DNA of 61,365 nucleotides, counting the filler, from Ionaspis alba (Eukaryota), in the NCBI GenBank assembly GCA_964255285.1. It is 5 parts of 5 records of this genome, joined end to end, with 100 filler letters (N's around TTAATTAATTAA, not from the genome) between each part and the next. Parts side by side here need not be neighbours in the genome. Positions count along the whole stretch, not along the records: positions 12,335 to 24,547 come from CAXUUL010000523.1; positions 24,648 to 36,849 come from CAXUUL010000524.1; 3 more parts are not named here. One strand, 5' to 3'. Shown piece after piece: positions 12,788-24,802 of the stretch. Every line of letters starts with the position of its first letter. Positions within the stretch are counted from its first letter, which is position 1. The notes below the pieces were generated by a model that was not told the DNA's origin, did no database searches, and saw only the letters and a list, made by a program, of their open reading frames with translations. Position numbers and translations under genes: made by a program.

Positions 12788-14651
12788 CTACTTTCCCTTG
12801 CCCTTGCCCTTCTCAGCTTCCGCTCCACTACCCCCGCCACCAACTCCGAACCACCCCAAAAACCCTTGCTTCATGCCCTTCAGCTGCTCATCCCTCATTT
12901 TCTCCTCTTCCGCCGCCTGTTCCTTCAACCACTTCTCGCCATTCTCCCTAATCTGCTGCTCCAACCACTCATACTGCTTCTGGCCCCTCTCCCTCACCTG
13001 ATCCTGCCACATTTTCCCCTGCTCAAACGCCTCGGTATAGCTCGTCTCTCCCTCCATTTGTCCCTGTGGCACATTCTTGATCCCCAACGCGCCGCCCAGC
13101 AGCGAGACGCCCGATCGCTTTGGTCGTTTGGATTTCTCGGCGGCGAGCTGCCGCTCAAATTTCTCGCGGGCTTGTTTTTCGCGGAGGGCGAACTCGGTGG
13201 GTATGTGTTTTCCGGAGAAGGAGGAAAGCGCTTTTCGAGCGTCGTCAAATTGCATCGTTGCGACGTATTCGAGGAAGGGGATTAAAGAGACGAGTTCCTT
13301 GTCTGAGGGGTCGCCGGTCCATTTCGGAAGGAGAATGGCGTTTTCGGGTTGGTGTTTGGCGTGCGAGGGGACGGTATCGAGGAGGATGGTTTTGGTGAGG
13401 GGGCGGTTGAGGTAGGAGAGATCCTGAATCGATATTAGCATGAAGCGATAAGAGAGAAAGAAAGCGGAGAGATTGAAGACTAACCTTGATGTATTCGCCA
13501 TTTTTGTATAGCGTGGCTTCTCGAAACAGTGAATACATAATGATATGGTAGGGATCGAGCTTCGCGATGATAGGGGCAGCAATGGCGTAGGGTATACTAG
13601 TGAATAGCACAAGCTCATAATATTGGCTAAGATAGCGCAGGAAGTAATCCATGCCTGGTCTCTTAGCCATTCGCCATCCATGTTCGCGCGTCCACTCGCT
13701 ATGGATCAGTAGATCCTCCAAGCTGAGTACGAGTGTGTATGGTCTCTCCCATGCGTCTCCATCTGGTAGCAAATGCTCGAATGCTGGCTCGTTGTAGTAG
13801 TTGAGTGTACTCGCTAGCCGCGTTTTCGCTCGATTGTAGAACAAGCCGAATCCCCATCCCGATGGCGCGTCAGGGTGTTTTCTCTCCTCTTCTTCCGTCT
13901 CCCAATTTCGTCCCAAGTATATGGGCCCTGTGATTGCAAATAGGAACATGCCAGCGAACATCCAATTCATCAGCGTGTTACGTCGCCGTTCTGCAGAGGT
14001 AATGTATGCGCTTGCTGGCAGCTGTCGATCCCCTCGACCACCACTTGATGTTTGAGCTATAGATGTTTGCTCTGATTGTGAGGACGAAGCCTCTGCCAAC
14101 TCTGCGTCGAGGGTGGATGGGATGCCTTTTGTCAAGTCGTGCAGAGGAAGCCTAACTTCCTCCTCATGCTTGTCGATCTTGGCTGGATCTATCGCGGAAG
14201 GTGAAGTATCTTGTGGTGCAGTGTTCTGATCCGACGATGCTCCTGTTTCGAACTCATCTTGCAACTTCGAGTACTCAGGATGAGAGCTGGCCTCGGAATT
14301 CGAAGGCTGCGCAGGAGCGGGACCTGGCCCAGTCCCACTAGATGACGGGGTTGTATTCTCCTCTCCATTTGCCCCTGTCTTGAACTCATCTTGCAATTCT
14401 GAATAATCGTCATTTCCTGACTTATCACTGCTCTTCGAAGTTGCAGCAGCTCCACCTAACGTACCAACATGAGATACACTTTGCGAGATAGGTCCATGAC
14501 GAGGTGTTTGAGGGGTGTGAGTAGGTGGTTTGTAGTCAATGGGCTTTCGAGGCTTGTTGTTCTTCGCATACGTTCGAGTTTGAAGAGGTAGGGCTATTCG
14601 GATCGGAGATGGGTGATGTCTCAACGACCGTACAGCTGCGCGTGCCAACAT
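12788..14651 (-). CDS. TIM50: Mitochondrial import inner membrane translocase subunit Tim50
   Basis: Presequence MLARAAVRSLR, TM segment, YYNEPAFEHLLPD, PYTLVLSLEDLLIHSEWTREHGWRMAKRPG and KDLSYLNR across one intron (about 13425-13484). Confidence 0.95.
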
Positions 14652-15163
14652 AGTCGAGTATAAGGCTAGGCTGAAGCGCAAGCACCTTCCCACCTTCAGG
14701 TCAGTACATACTAACTTCGAACCCAACTGGCAAATCAAGGAACTCTAGCTCTCTAGATAAAAGTCATGGAAATTCTGACGATCTTGTCGGCGAATGGAAG
14801 ATCTAAAACTCCGGACGCGATCCCCGGATGTTTATAGACTAAATTTAGTTTGCCGCGCTCATGTTTTTCCTTCTTCAGAAAGTTTCCACCCAGACGGCAA
14901 GAAATTTGACGCGGTGTTCCTAATTCTTGGACACGGAGTTGTATCAGCTGGGAAGACCGATGTAACATAAATCTTACCTTTAAAGAACAGCAGCGAGGAA
15001 TCCTCTGAACTGCCTCTGTTCCGGTGGTATCGATACAAATCACCATTCACTTTCCAACATGATCAACTATGGACCTGTGTGAGAGCCTCGTCTTTTCATC
15101 GATCCATTCTCGTTTCAACTATATCTCGTTTCCTATTTATCCTTAACTTTATATCTACTCATC

Positions 15164-15871
15164 ATGGATTCCTCCATATCTCCTACCTCTAATACCGACC
15201 CTCCCGAACATTTCCGCTTCTTCGATTTGCCAACAGAACTACGACTCAAGATCTTGGGCATGGTGCTTCATACTGGCCAGACGCTTGACATTGAATACTA
15301 CAACACGAGACGAAGCGCTATCTTACCTGTGTCCAAACAGTTTCGGACAGAAGCGTCTGATGTCTTCTATGGTGGCAATACTTTCCGGCTCCTTCCCACC
15401 CACGGCCGCGCAGGTAGCAACAAGTTTCAGCCGCTGATAACAAGATTCTCCCCTCGAAACCGAGCCTTGCTTCAGTCAGTGGAACTGCGGTTAGGGCCGT
15501 TCTGGACAAATCCGCCTAAATGCTGGAAGGTGGATGACAGGCTTGGTCTTGAAGACGTAACAAGTCTCCGTGTCTTGAAGGTTTTCGTCGAATGCGATCC
15601 GTCTCATTCTATTTTCAACGGCTTTCGATCCGCAAGGGATTACTACACGAATTTTTCTGGCGAAATACTCCGAGAAATCATTCGGCGTCTTCCAAATTTA
15701 CAAGAAGTGGTCTTGGATGGATACCCATCGGTCTGGAAGGGGGGCCTATTGATGAAGCGACTTGTTGAGGAAATCGTGAACGGCCAGAAAAAGTTGATTT
15801 GGGGTCCGGGCCAAGCTCTCTATGATGATACTGACAATTTCGATGAGGTACCCTGGGTTACCAAGCAATAG
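15164..15871 (+). CDS. Conserved fungal hypothetical protein with N-terminal F-box/2EXR-like motif
   Basis: Intronless 235-aa ORF with FRFFDLPTELRLKIL and VSKQFRTEASDVFYGGNTF, motifs typical of this fungal group. Confidence 0.8.
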   Translation: MDSSISPTSNTDPPEHFRFFDLPTELRLKILGMVLHTGQTLDIEYYNTRRSAILPVSKQFRTEASDVFYGGNTFRLLPTHGRAGSNKFQPLITRFSPRNRALLQSVELRLGPFWTNPPKCWKVDDRLGLEDVTSLRVLKVFVECDPSHSIFNGFRSARDYYTNFSGEILREIIRRLPNLQEVVLDGYPSVWKGGLLMKRLVEEIVNGQKKLIWGPGQALYDDTDNFDEVPWVTKQ

Positions 15872-16242
15872 CTGGATCTTGACTCTGATTGTTCTCCAGT
15901 TTGTCGACGATGTCCGCAGCCGAGGAATGGTTCCTTTCTACGGTCTTGGACTAGCCCCGGTCGAGCTGTTCCTTGCGAAGAAAAAGCGAGCTCAAGTGGT
16001 GCAGGCTAGTGGGGCTTGATGTGCTCTTGCCACTTGACAAAATGACTGCAACTCATTCAGTATTTAGCAAGTACTTCGAATATTGTACAAGGAAAAATCG
16101 ATTGCTGGCCATATTGCAAATACCTAGAATGCACCTCGTCCTGCGAATATCATTACCCACACGTCAGTAGTCATGCTTCCTACCCAAATGCTATGAGAGT
16201 TTCTGCAGTGAACAAAGAAGCCGTTTATTAAATTTAGGTATA

Positions 16243-17449
16243 TTACAGCTCCTCGTCAACTTCCATCGAGCCATTCTGATGCCCGTTTGTATCTCCTTCC
16301 GTTTTCGCGACTGATGCTTCCTTATCGATCATCTGTCGCGAGACTGACACGATGTTGTCCTCAATCAATTGTTGCCCGACATCTTCCAGGTCTGCAATGG
16401 ACATTAGTGACAGCCTTGTGTGCACGAGAGGAGCGACATACGCTTCTTAGGATCCAATTTCCCCACATATCTCGTCTTCAGCTGGTCTTTTGTAAGCTCT
16501 GTCTCCTCCTTGACCCTCTTCTCGTAGCCTTCCGCAAGCCCTACCAGTCTCTTGAGCTTCTCCTCATTCCTCACTCCTTCGTCTCGGAAGTCATCCATTT
16601 GCAGTGCCTCTGTCCAGACATGCTTATGTAAATTCATAAGCATATTCTCCTCCAGTCCTGTCTTTCGATAGTTGATCCCTATACTATAGTAGTGTCTATT
16701 GAGACCGTGAATCAGAGCTTGTATTGACGGTTTGTTGAGATGTCCGAGATTAGATGTAGTTTGCCGTGGTTCGTGTCCCATCATAAGCGTTTGAGGATTA
16801 ATGAGCCGGAATGCGTCTATCACAACTTTACCCTTGACAGACTGTATAGGATCGACCACGACAGCGACAGCACGAGGTGTGAGTTGTTCGAAGGATTGTT
16901 GAGTGTTTATGTCCACAGACGATAACCAACAGCCGAATCCCGGATGTGAATGGTACCAGCCAACGACCGTCTCATGCCTGTTTATCCAATAATCAACAAC
17001 CGAGATGTATTCGATCAGCTTGCAGATACACACCTCCCGGTTTGCTTCAACATGTCCATCATTTTGGTCTGGAATACAGGATCCACAGCTTCGACGCTGA
17101 CACCAGTTCCACTCTGTGGCATGGCGAAAACATCAACCACTCTGACAGTATAGTCGTCCACAAAGCTTCCTAGCATCAAACCCATGACTTCCATGGGAAC
17201 ACCAGCTCTCCCATGCCGCAACATCTTGAGGAGTGCAAGGGAGGAGATGTAAACGGTTTCCGAGTTGTCAACGAGGTTGGTGTCCTAATTAGCACGACTG
17301 TCTCAGCACAAAAAGCCCGCTCCAAGCTCCAGATCCACATAATGCGTTCATACGACCAGTTGATTTGGGGTACTTACCGCACCAGGAGCTCCTCCGCCAG
17401 GGCCGCCCATGCCCGCTGCAGCGGCCATCATTCTATTGAGCCTGTCCAT
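16243..17449 (-). CDS. RPN11: 26S proteasome lid JAMM deubiquitinase
   Basis: [31 protein letters not shown] and JAMM motif [19 protein letters not shown]. Three introns; starts MDRLNRMM. Confidence 0.97.
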
Positions 17450-17813
17450 GGTATGTACCTCTACCGCAGCGAAGGGTGGATGGCTCGAGAAGACAACAAC
17501 AGAAGACCTTAGAGGAGCCCAAAGAATGAGCTGAATTACGAATAAGGTTCGAGCGAGGATGTTTTCAAAGATCTTCCGGGGCTATCAGACACCAAAAGGC
17601 GACAGGGCGAGGCGCGTTGCGGAAGACTGGCCGATGAGCTTAATTTTTAGCGCATCGGAGCTTCTCAGCCTTATGCCGACATTTGAGGAAGTGACCAACC
17701 CGCCCCAGTTTTCTATTCACTTCTTTCGAGCTAGGACTTCTATCCACTTTCCTTATTTCTTATCCACAATCCTCACTTCTTCCCTTATGCACTGACAAGA
17801 CAAAAAAGCCGAT

Positions 17814-19942
17814 ATGTCTTCTTTCGCCCCTTTGGACCCGGTTGTCCACAACTCTAGCAACAAGAAGTGTGTAGCATATTTCTACGATTCAGACGTCGGC
17901 AATTATGCCTATACAGCGGGGCATCCGATGAAGCCGCATAGGATCAGGTTGGCACACAGCTTGATCATGAACTATGGGTTATATAAAAATATGGAGATAT
18001 ATGTAAGTTCTACGGATGCAACCCAATTCCCTTTTCCAGCTCAGTACCTGAAGCCATATCTACTTCCCATTTGGTGGACCCCTTTTGCCTCCTCCTTCAC
18101 CTGCGATCACATGAGATTAACCATGCTACTGAGCTAACATCTTCAGCGCGCAAAACCTGCCTCGCATCTTGAGATGACACAGTTCCATACTGACGAATAC
18201 GTCGACTTCCTCAAGAAAGTCACTCCAGACAACATGGAGTCCTATGTCAAGGAACAAGCAAAGTTTAACGTGGGAGATGACTGTCCAGTGTTCGATGGTC
18301 TATTTGAGTTCTGTGGCATCAGTGCAGGAGGCAGTATGGAAGGTGCCGCAAGACTTAATCGTGGCAAATGCGATGTCGCAGTGAATTGGGCTGGTGGCCT
18401 ACATCATGCGAAGAAGAGCGAAGCGAGCGGATTCTGCTACATCAATGGTTAGTGTTCTGCATGAGCCTTTGTTAAGTAGGGACTAACAATGAACGTTAGA
18501 CATCGTGTTGGGTATTTTGGAGCTATTGCGCTACAAACAGCGGGTGCTTTACATTGACATTGACGTTCACCATGGTGACGGTGTGGAGGAGGCATTTTAT
18601 ACGACTGACCGAGTCATGACGGTTTCTTTCCACAAGTATGGCGAGTACTTTCCAGGCACTGGGGAGCTACGAGACATTGGTGTCGGTCAGGGGAAGCACT
18701 ATTCGGTCAACTTTCCTTTGCGCGATGGCATCGACGATGCCTCCTACAAAGGAGTTTTCGAACCGATTATTAAGAACGTCATGGAATACTATAGACCGGA
18801 AGCTATCGTTCTGCAGTGTGGTGGCGATAGCTTGTCTGGTGACCGTCTGGGTTGCTTCAACTTGAGCATGGCAGGACATGCAAACTGCGTCAATTTTGTC
18901 AAGAGCTTCGATCTTCCAGTTCTGGTACTGGGTGGTGGAGGCTACACCATGCGAAATGTTGCGCGCACTTGGGCTTATGAGACTGGATTGCTTGTGGGCA
19001 AGACGATTGGACCAGATTTGCCATACAACGACTACTATGAAGTGAGTTCTTACCAATTGCCGACCTTCATTCATTCGCTAATGTTCTCAGTACTACGCAC
19101 CTGACTACGAACTGGATGTAAGACCATCTAACATGGAGAATGCCAACAACGTCGACTACCTGGAAAAGATTAAGAAGCAAGTCATTGAGAACCTGAAGCG
19201 TACTACCTTTGCCCCGTCCGTACAAATGACAGACGTTCCTAGAGATCCTGAGGGTATGGACGACGAGGCAGACGCAATCCTCGATGACCGAGACGAGGAC
19301 GAGAATATGGACCAGAGGCATACCAAGCGTCGCTGGGATAAATATATCGAGAAAGACGGGGAGCTGAGTGAGAGTGAGGATGAAGAGGAGAGTCAGAGGA
19401 ATGGCGTCAGACGACAAAATCACAACCAGAAACGGCGAAACATTATGGACTACCAAAATCCAAATGCAGCGTCAGACGATGAGAAAGTCGCTAGCCGGAC
19501 GCGACGACGTAGTCGTGAATCAGCTGGTAGCGCATCTCGCCCTGCTGCAGTCACGAATGGATCAGCGCACTCTGAGAGCAACACGCCCAGTCCAGCACCA
19601 AGTCGTCCTGAAAGTCAAGATTCTTTAGTCGCCGACGATACTGCCATGCAAGATGCCGATATCGATATGGATGAGGAGCCATCTCAACCTGCGACAGCTA
19701 CAAACCAATTTGCAGCTGAAGGACCTCAAGAGGCCACTCCTCCAGAATCTCCACCTTCAACTGCAGCAGTAGCCGCTCCAGCAGGGCAGCCAGCCGCTGA
19801 TCCAGGAGACGTGGTAATGGATGAAGGCGACGTCAGTGACGATCCTGAGGCGGCTCAAGAAAATGGCCTTGAGGAACGTGATCATGAGGATGTAACGGCA
19901 GAAAAGACTGCTGAGATTGCGCAAGAGCAGGAGCAAACCTAG
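17814..19942 (+). CDS. RPD3: Class I histone deacetylase
   Basis: [67 protein letters not shown] and an acidic tail. Three introns. Confidence 0.96.
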
Positions 19943-20458
19943 GAGAGCGATACGGGTTCTGGCTGAAATTTAGCGAGGCGTCTGGCGGAATGGAGAATGC
20001 GAGAGTTTCGTGCATTATTCGGTGCGCACAAGCGGGGATTTTTTGTGATACAACAATACTAGAGGTGGCGGTGGCCTTACCTATCTCGTGCTACATCTTG
20101 GAGGAGCGTGTATGAGGTTGGATTGCTACCGGAATTTATGTGGAATCTAGTCCGATCTTGGCAGTGTGGATGTTATTGTCATAGATCTTGCATCATGTAG
20201 TAGTATTTTACTAGCGAAGAAATTTTACTATTGAAAAATTCAATATTCGGGTTTCTTTTTTGCAAACTTTAGATCTAGTAATGATCGCTCGTTTGCCTGT
20301 CGAAGAGCCTCATGTTAGGGTTCTTCGCTTCGACCCTCCGCCAAGACATTCCATACTAGCGCCCACATCAACCCCGAAGACCTTGAAAGTGGCTCTATAG
20401 TAAGATCGCACATCAATCATTCTACTCGCGTTTAGTAGCCTCAAAAGCATCATCCAAG

Positions 20459-21261
20459 ATGTCAAAAAGAGGGTATAACGAACTCGCCACCTTACCATTC
20501 TGACGCAAGCTGACAGAACTCCCACAGTCGAGGCGGAGCCTCGGGCAACAAGCTCAAGATGACTCTCGGTCTTCCAGTGTACGTGCCTATCGACCCGCAT
20601 GCATTTTAGCTCCACTGGTCTCAGAGTTATTTCATGCCTTGTCTTAAGCTCAGAGTGGTCGCTAACATTTTTGTGTCAACAGCGGTGCGGTCATGAATTG
20701 CTGCGACAACTCCGGCGCCCGAAATCTCTACATCATCTCCGTCAAAGGCATCGGCGCCCGTCTCAATCGTCTTCCTGCTGCCGGTGTGGGTGATATGGTT
20801 ATGGCTACGGTCAAGAAGGGAAAGCCCGAGTTAAGGAAGAAGGTTATGCCTGCTGTGGTGGTAAGACAGAGCAAGCCGTGGAGGAGGCCAGACGGCGTGT
20901 TCTTGTATTTTGAGGATAATGCTGGTGTGGTGAGTTGCTTCTCTGCTTGGGTGGTGTAACTAGGGAAAGATTGAGAAGGGTGCTGAGAAGGAGTTGGAGG
21001 TTGATCAGGCGACACAAATAGGCTTTGCGTTGTGATGAGAGAATAATGAAAGAAAATACAGTGGCTGCTAATACGTTGGGATCTACAGATCGTCAATCCG
21101 AAGGGTGAGATGAAAGGGTCAGCGATAACGGGGCCGGTCGGCAAGGAAGCTGCTGAGTTGTGGCCAGTAAGTTCTCTCTCGCTGTAAGACCGTGTTTCAA
21201 ATACTCCGAAATTCTTACATATCTATAGCGTATTGCGAGCAATTCAGGCGTGGTGATGTGA
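20459..21261 (+). CDS. RPL23: 60S ribosomal protein L23 (uL14), 5 exons
   Basis: Spliced [37 protein letters not shown]...[10 protein letters not shown]...[18 protein letters not shown]...[10 protein letters not shown]. Confidence 0.97.
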
Positions 21262-21861
21262 TGGGCTACTCCTTTTCCTTGAGTCTTTGAAGGCATCTAC
21301 GATAGCTTGAGCTTTTGAGCAGGCTACGGCATGTATGCTAGCTAGATCAATCAATGGTGCTGGAATAGATATCATTTGACCGTTCACTGTAATCTCAAAG
21401 AGATGTGCTTCGAGTCTTGGCAAGGGCAGTTTGAGCTCCCCTGGTAAGGCACCAAATGGTTGAGATTCGCTACAAGCATTCTTTGGGACATTGATGTAGA
21501 GGATGCAACCGCTATCCAATGCTATGTCTCTAGCTGGGCGATATATAACACATTATGGCCGTCGCCGATAGGGCGCTTCTGCTAATATACACAAGGCTTT
21601 TGCTTGATTGACGGAGGCATGCTACCCAGAACCTGGCGTTGTCAACTCCGTCGAATCGTGTGTTGTATCGATCGCCATGGCGTCCACTATCCGCTTCACT
21701 TTTGATGTGTCCCTCATTTCCTCGCCTGTGTATTGTCGTCTTCCAAGGCTCCAATCTTCTCCACCGTCGAATCACCCACAGCTGTGACGGGGTCCCCTAA
21801 CCAAATAATTCACACCATGAGATCTCCCGGCTGTTTTCATCAGGTGCAGATCCTAGACTTT

Positions 21862-24344
21862 TCATATCCCGTTTTGTAACAAAAAAGTGGCAGTATTAAT
21901 TTCTGCCTCAATGATCTTGCTCCAGCGCTGCAACAACCGAATATCAACAATGATTCTACCAAATAAAGAAGGAGGTTGGCAATATAACACGTACCTCGAT
22001 CGCTGTGGTATTCTTCGCATCAATGCTCTCAGTCAGACCAGGGAAGACATCACCTGCATACCCAGTCCACAATCTGTAGTTCACCAATTAGTATTATGGA
22101 TCTAACGCACACAGAGGACGGATCTTACCCTGGGGCAAAGACTACATGTTTGAACCACTTTCTGCTGTCTAGTCCTCCCTGCCACAGAAACTGCCGCTCG
22201 AAGTACTTGTACCTATCATTGACCTTCTTGACCTTGTGAGACATTTTCGACCTCTCCGACCACTTCCACCACGGTACGTCATCATTGATAGTACTAGCCA
22301 GAGTAGCAGCGTAGGTGTCGAATGCTATCGCCTCGACCTTGAGATGCGCGATTGCTTTCTCAATGTTGGAGAAGCTGTAAGATCTCATACCCGGGAATTC
22401 AGAAGCTGCAGCTTTGTCGATCACCTTTTGAAGGTAGACCTCTAATCCTAGGGCATAGTCCGTCGTATTCAACGGGATGATGGGTGTCTCAACAAGATTG
22501 GCAGCAAAGAGAGACCATACTTTGGTGATCGCCACGTGATAGTGCCACCCTTTGTCACCAAACTTGTTCATCCAGTCGAAGCTATCGTAATTAGAATGGT
22601 AGTGGTATACCGGACTGTCTGGTCCTCCACCAAAGCCGAAGTCTACCGAGGGAACGCCCGCGAAATCCTGAAATGCAGTAAAATCAGATCCTGAGCCCAT
22701 GGTGCCAATGTGGCCGTTCCACAAATCTCGGACGGTTTGACCTTTAATGGTTTGATTTGGAGACTGCACTAAAGCGGTGGCCTCATACAATGCTTTATTG
22801 AGCAATGGAGAAGCAGACGACTGGAAGTGTGGACCACGGGTACCAACGTCAAGATTGAGATAAGCTACAGCGGCTTCTGACAGCCATGGCAAGTATTCTT
22901 CAACCCATTCAGTAGAGCCAATCAAACCATATTCTTCACCATCCCAGCTTGCAAAGACAATCGTACGGAGAGGCTTCCAACCTTTCTCAAGAGCTAGACC
23001 AAAGCTGCGGATGACTTCGTTCATCGCGGCAGATCCACTATTTGGGTCACCAGCCCCACCAGCAATCCAGGCATCTCGATGATTGCCAAGGATGACCACT
23101 TCGTCAGGAATGGTGCCGTTGATGATGCCAATGACGTTCCATAACGGAGTGGTGACATACTCTTGCTCATTGACCAGGTTCAAGACCAGATCCTTGGGTG
23201 ACGGTCCAATGTTGTACTTGACTCCCTTGTATCCAAGGCCTCCTCCTTGCCAGCATTTGTTGAAATCTGAGGCTTTCGGACCATGACCGTTCAGAGCTTT
23301 CAGGAGCGGGAGGGCGTCTCGGAACGAGATCGGTAGAGACGGGATGGAAGGAATAGAACCATGGGGGTCTTGTCTCGGAACTCCTGGCTTGGACGGATAG
23401 CCTGGTGTCGTAGGATCACCAGGCGCCACGCTCAAAAATTGGGTGCTGCCTCTCTGAACACTACTAGGGTTCCTAGCAGGTCCATCCGGATAAGCCTTGT
23501 ATCGATTCTCTTCCGTGATATGCCCGTCCTCTTGGGGATCAGAATAGATGACCGTGCCGACCATTCCAAGCTCTTGTGCTCGTTTCACCTTCAGACCTCT
23601 GAATATTTTGCCGTACTTCACAAGAGCAATCCTGCCAGCAAGACTGATGTTTGCCTTGACGAGATCGTCATAATCTTGGTATGTACCAAAGTTGGCGTAG
23701 ACGTACTGCGCTGTCACGTTGCCATTCGCCGAATATCCATGGAATGTCGGAATGCGGTTGGGCAGGCCGCTGGTCGAATCTTCTGCAAGTACGTCTTCCT
23801 CCAAAGAGCACTCGTACTTGATCTTGTACCCTGCCTTACTTGAATCGGATTTAGCTCTTCTACTTAACGTCTTTCCGCCGTCGCTTGAGGCTTCCAGAAG
23901 CGCAAGTCGATGGCCGAGAGGATAGTTGATGTACACATCGTATGGGACGATCTCAACGTTCTTGACACCAAACTCCTGCCATTTCTCTTTCGTCCATACT
24001 GCCTGACTCAGATTCTTGCCAGCAAGATGAGGTCCAGCTGTGTAGTACTGGCTCCATTCTTTTGCCTTTTCTGCACTAGGCGTCTCCAGAAGCACCTTCT
24101 GGAGGCTTTCATATGACGGTCCATCACTCTTCGGCCACGTCTTGTGCGAATGTGATAGCGACCAGAGACTAAATCTCTTGCCGCCGTCGCCCCAATCCCG
24201 TATCAAGAAGACTCCAGCGGCAACAACTAAGGCACTTGCGAGGATGATGGTACAGAAGCGGCGAATGATATGGTGAGGGTAGCGCTGTTGTGGGGGTGCT
24301 ACTGGGACAGCTTGTATCAGAGGTGTCCTCTCCGTAGCGGACAT
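21862..24344 (-). CDS. Peptidase M28B, glutamate carboxypeptidase II / transferrin-receptor-like (Vps70/Tre family)
   Basis: N-terminal TM, PA domain, GNHRDAW, AGDPNSG, SWDGEEYGL, GSGSDF, YHYHSNYD and WFKHVVFAPG. Two 3' introns lead to LWTGYAG...LLQNGI*. Confidence 0.92.
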
Positions 24345-24547
24345 GGCGGGCTTTTGATCACTATGCATTGAGGCGTGTCAGTCTAAACGGGTCAACTCGT
24401 GGAGTGTGTCTCGTCCAAAGAGATCCGGCAAGGAAGCGCAATAAGAGACAGAATAATAGCTGACCTTCATTTGTGCAATAAGCTATAGTCAGGAAGATAA
24501 AACTACCTTCCTCATCTGATTCTGGCGCGATAGACCGTTGATACTCC

Positions 24548-24647
24548 NNNNNNNNNNNNNNNNNNNNNNNNNNNNNNNNNNNNNNNNNNNNTTAATTAAT
24601 TAANNNNNNNNNNNNNNNNNNNNNNNNNNNNNNNNNNNNNNNNNNNN
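24548..24647. other. Artificial scaffold linker N44-TTAATTAATTAA-N44
   Basis: Same structure as the linker at 12235. Confidence 0.97.
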
Positions 24648-24802
24648 GTGGGACGCGTTCGTTCTTCCCGACGTGTTGAAGTTTGCCCTGCCAAGGAATT
24701 TCCACCGGTGGATATGGACAAGATGTTCCACGGTAGGAGCAGGAGCTAGCATATCCCATGGTTCCCTCAACCGTTTTGCGTGCAGATCCGTAAACAGGCT
24801 TT

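Noticed and set aside
20930..21088. Possible intronic C/D snoRNA in RPL23 intron 3 (GTGATGA present)
   Set aside because: The C-box-like motif is near the intron 3' end with no downstream CTGA D box or terminal stem.
21244..21775. Minus-strand ORFs of 91 and 81 aa between RPL23 and the M28 peptidase
   Set aside because: Non-ATG starts, no recognisable motif, and overlap with the RPL23 3' end. A decayed gene cannot be excluded.
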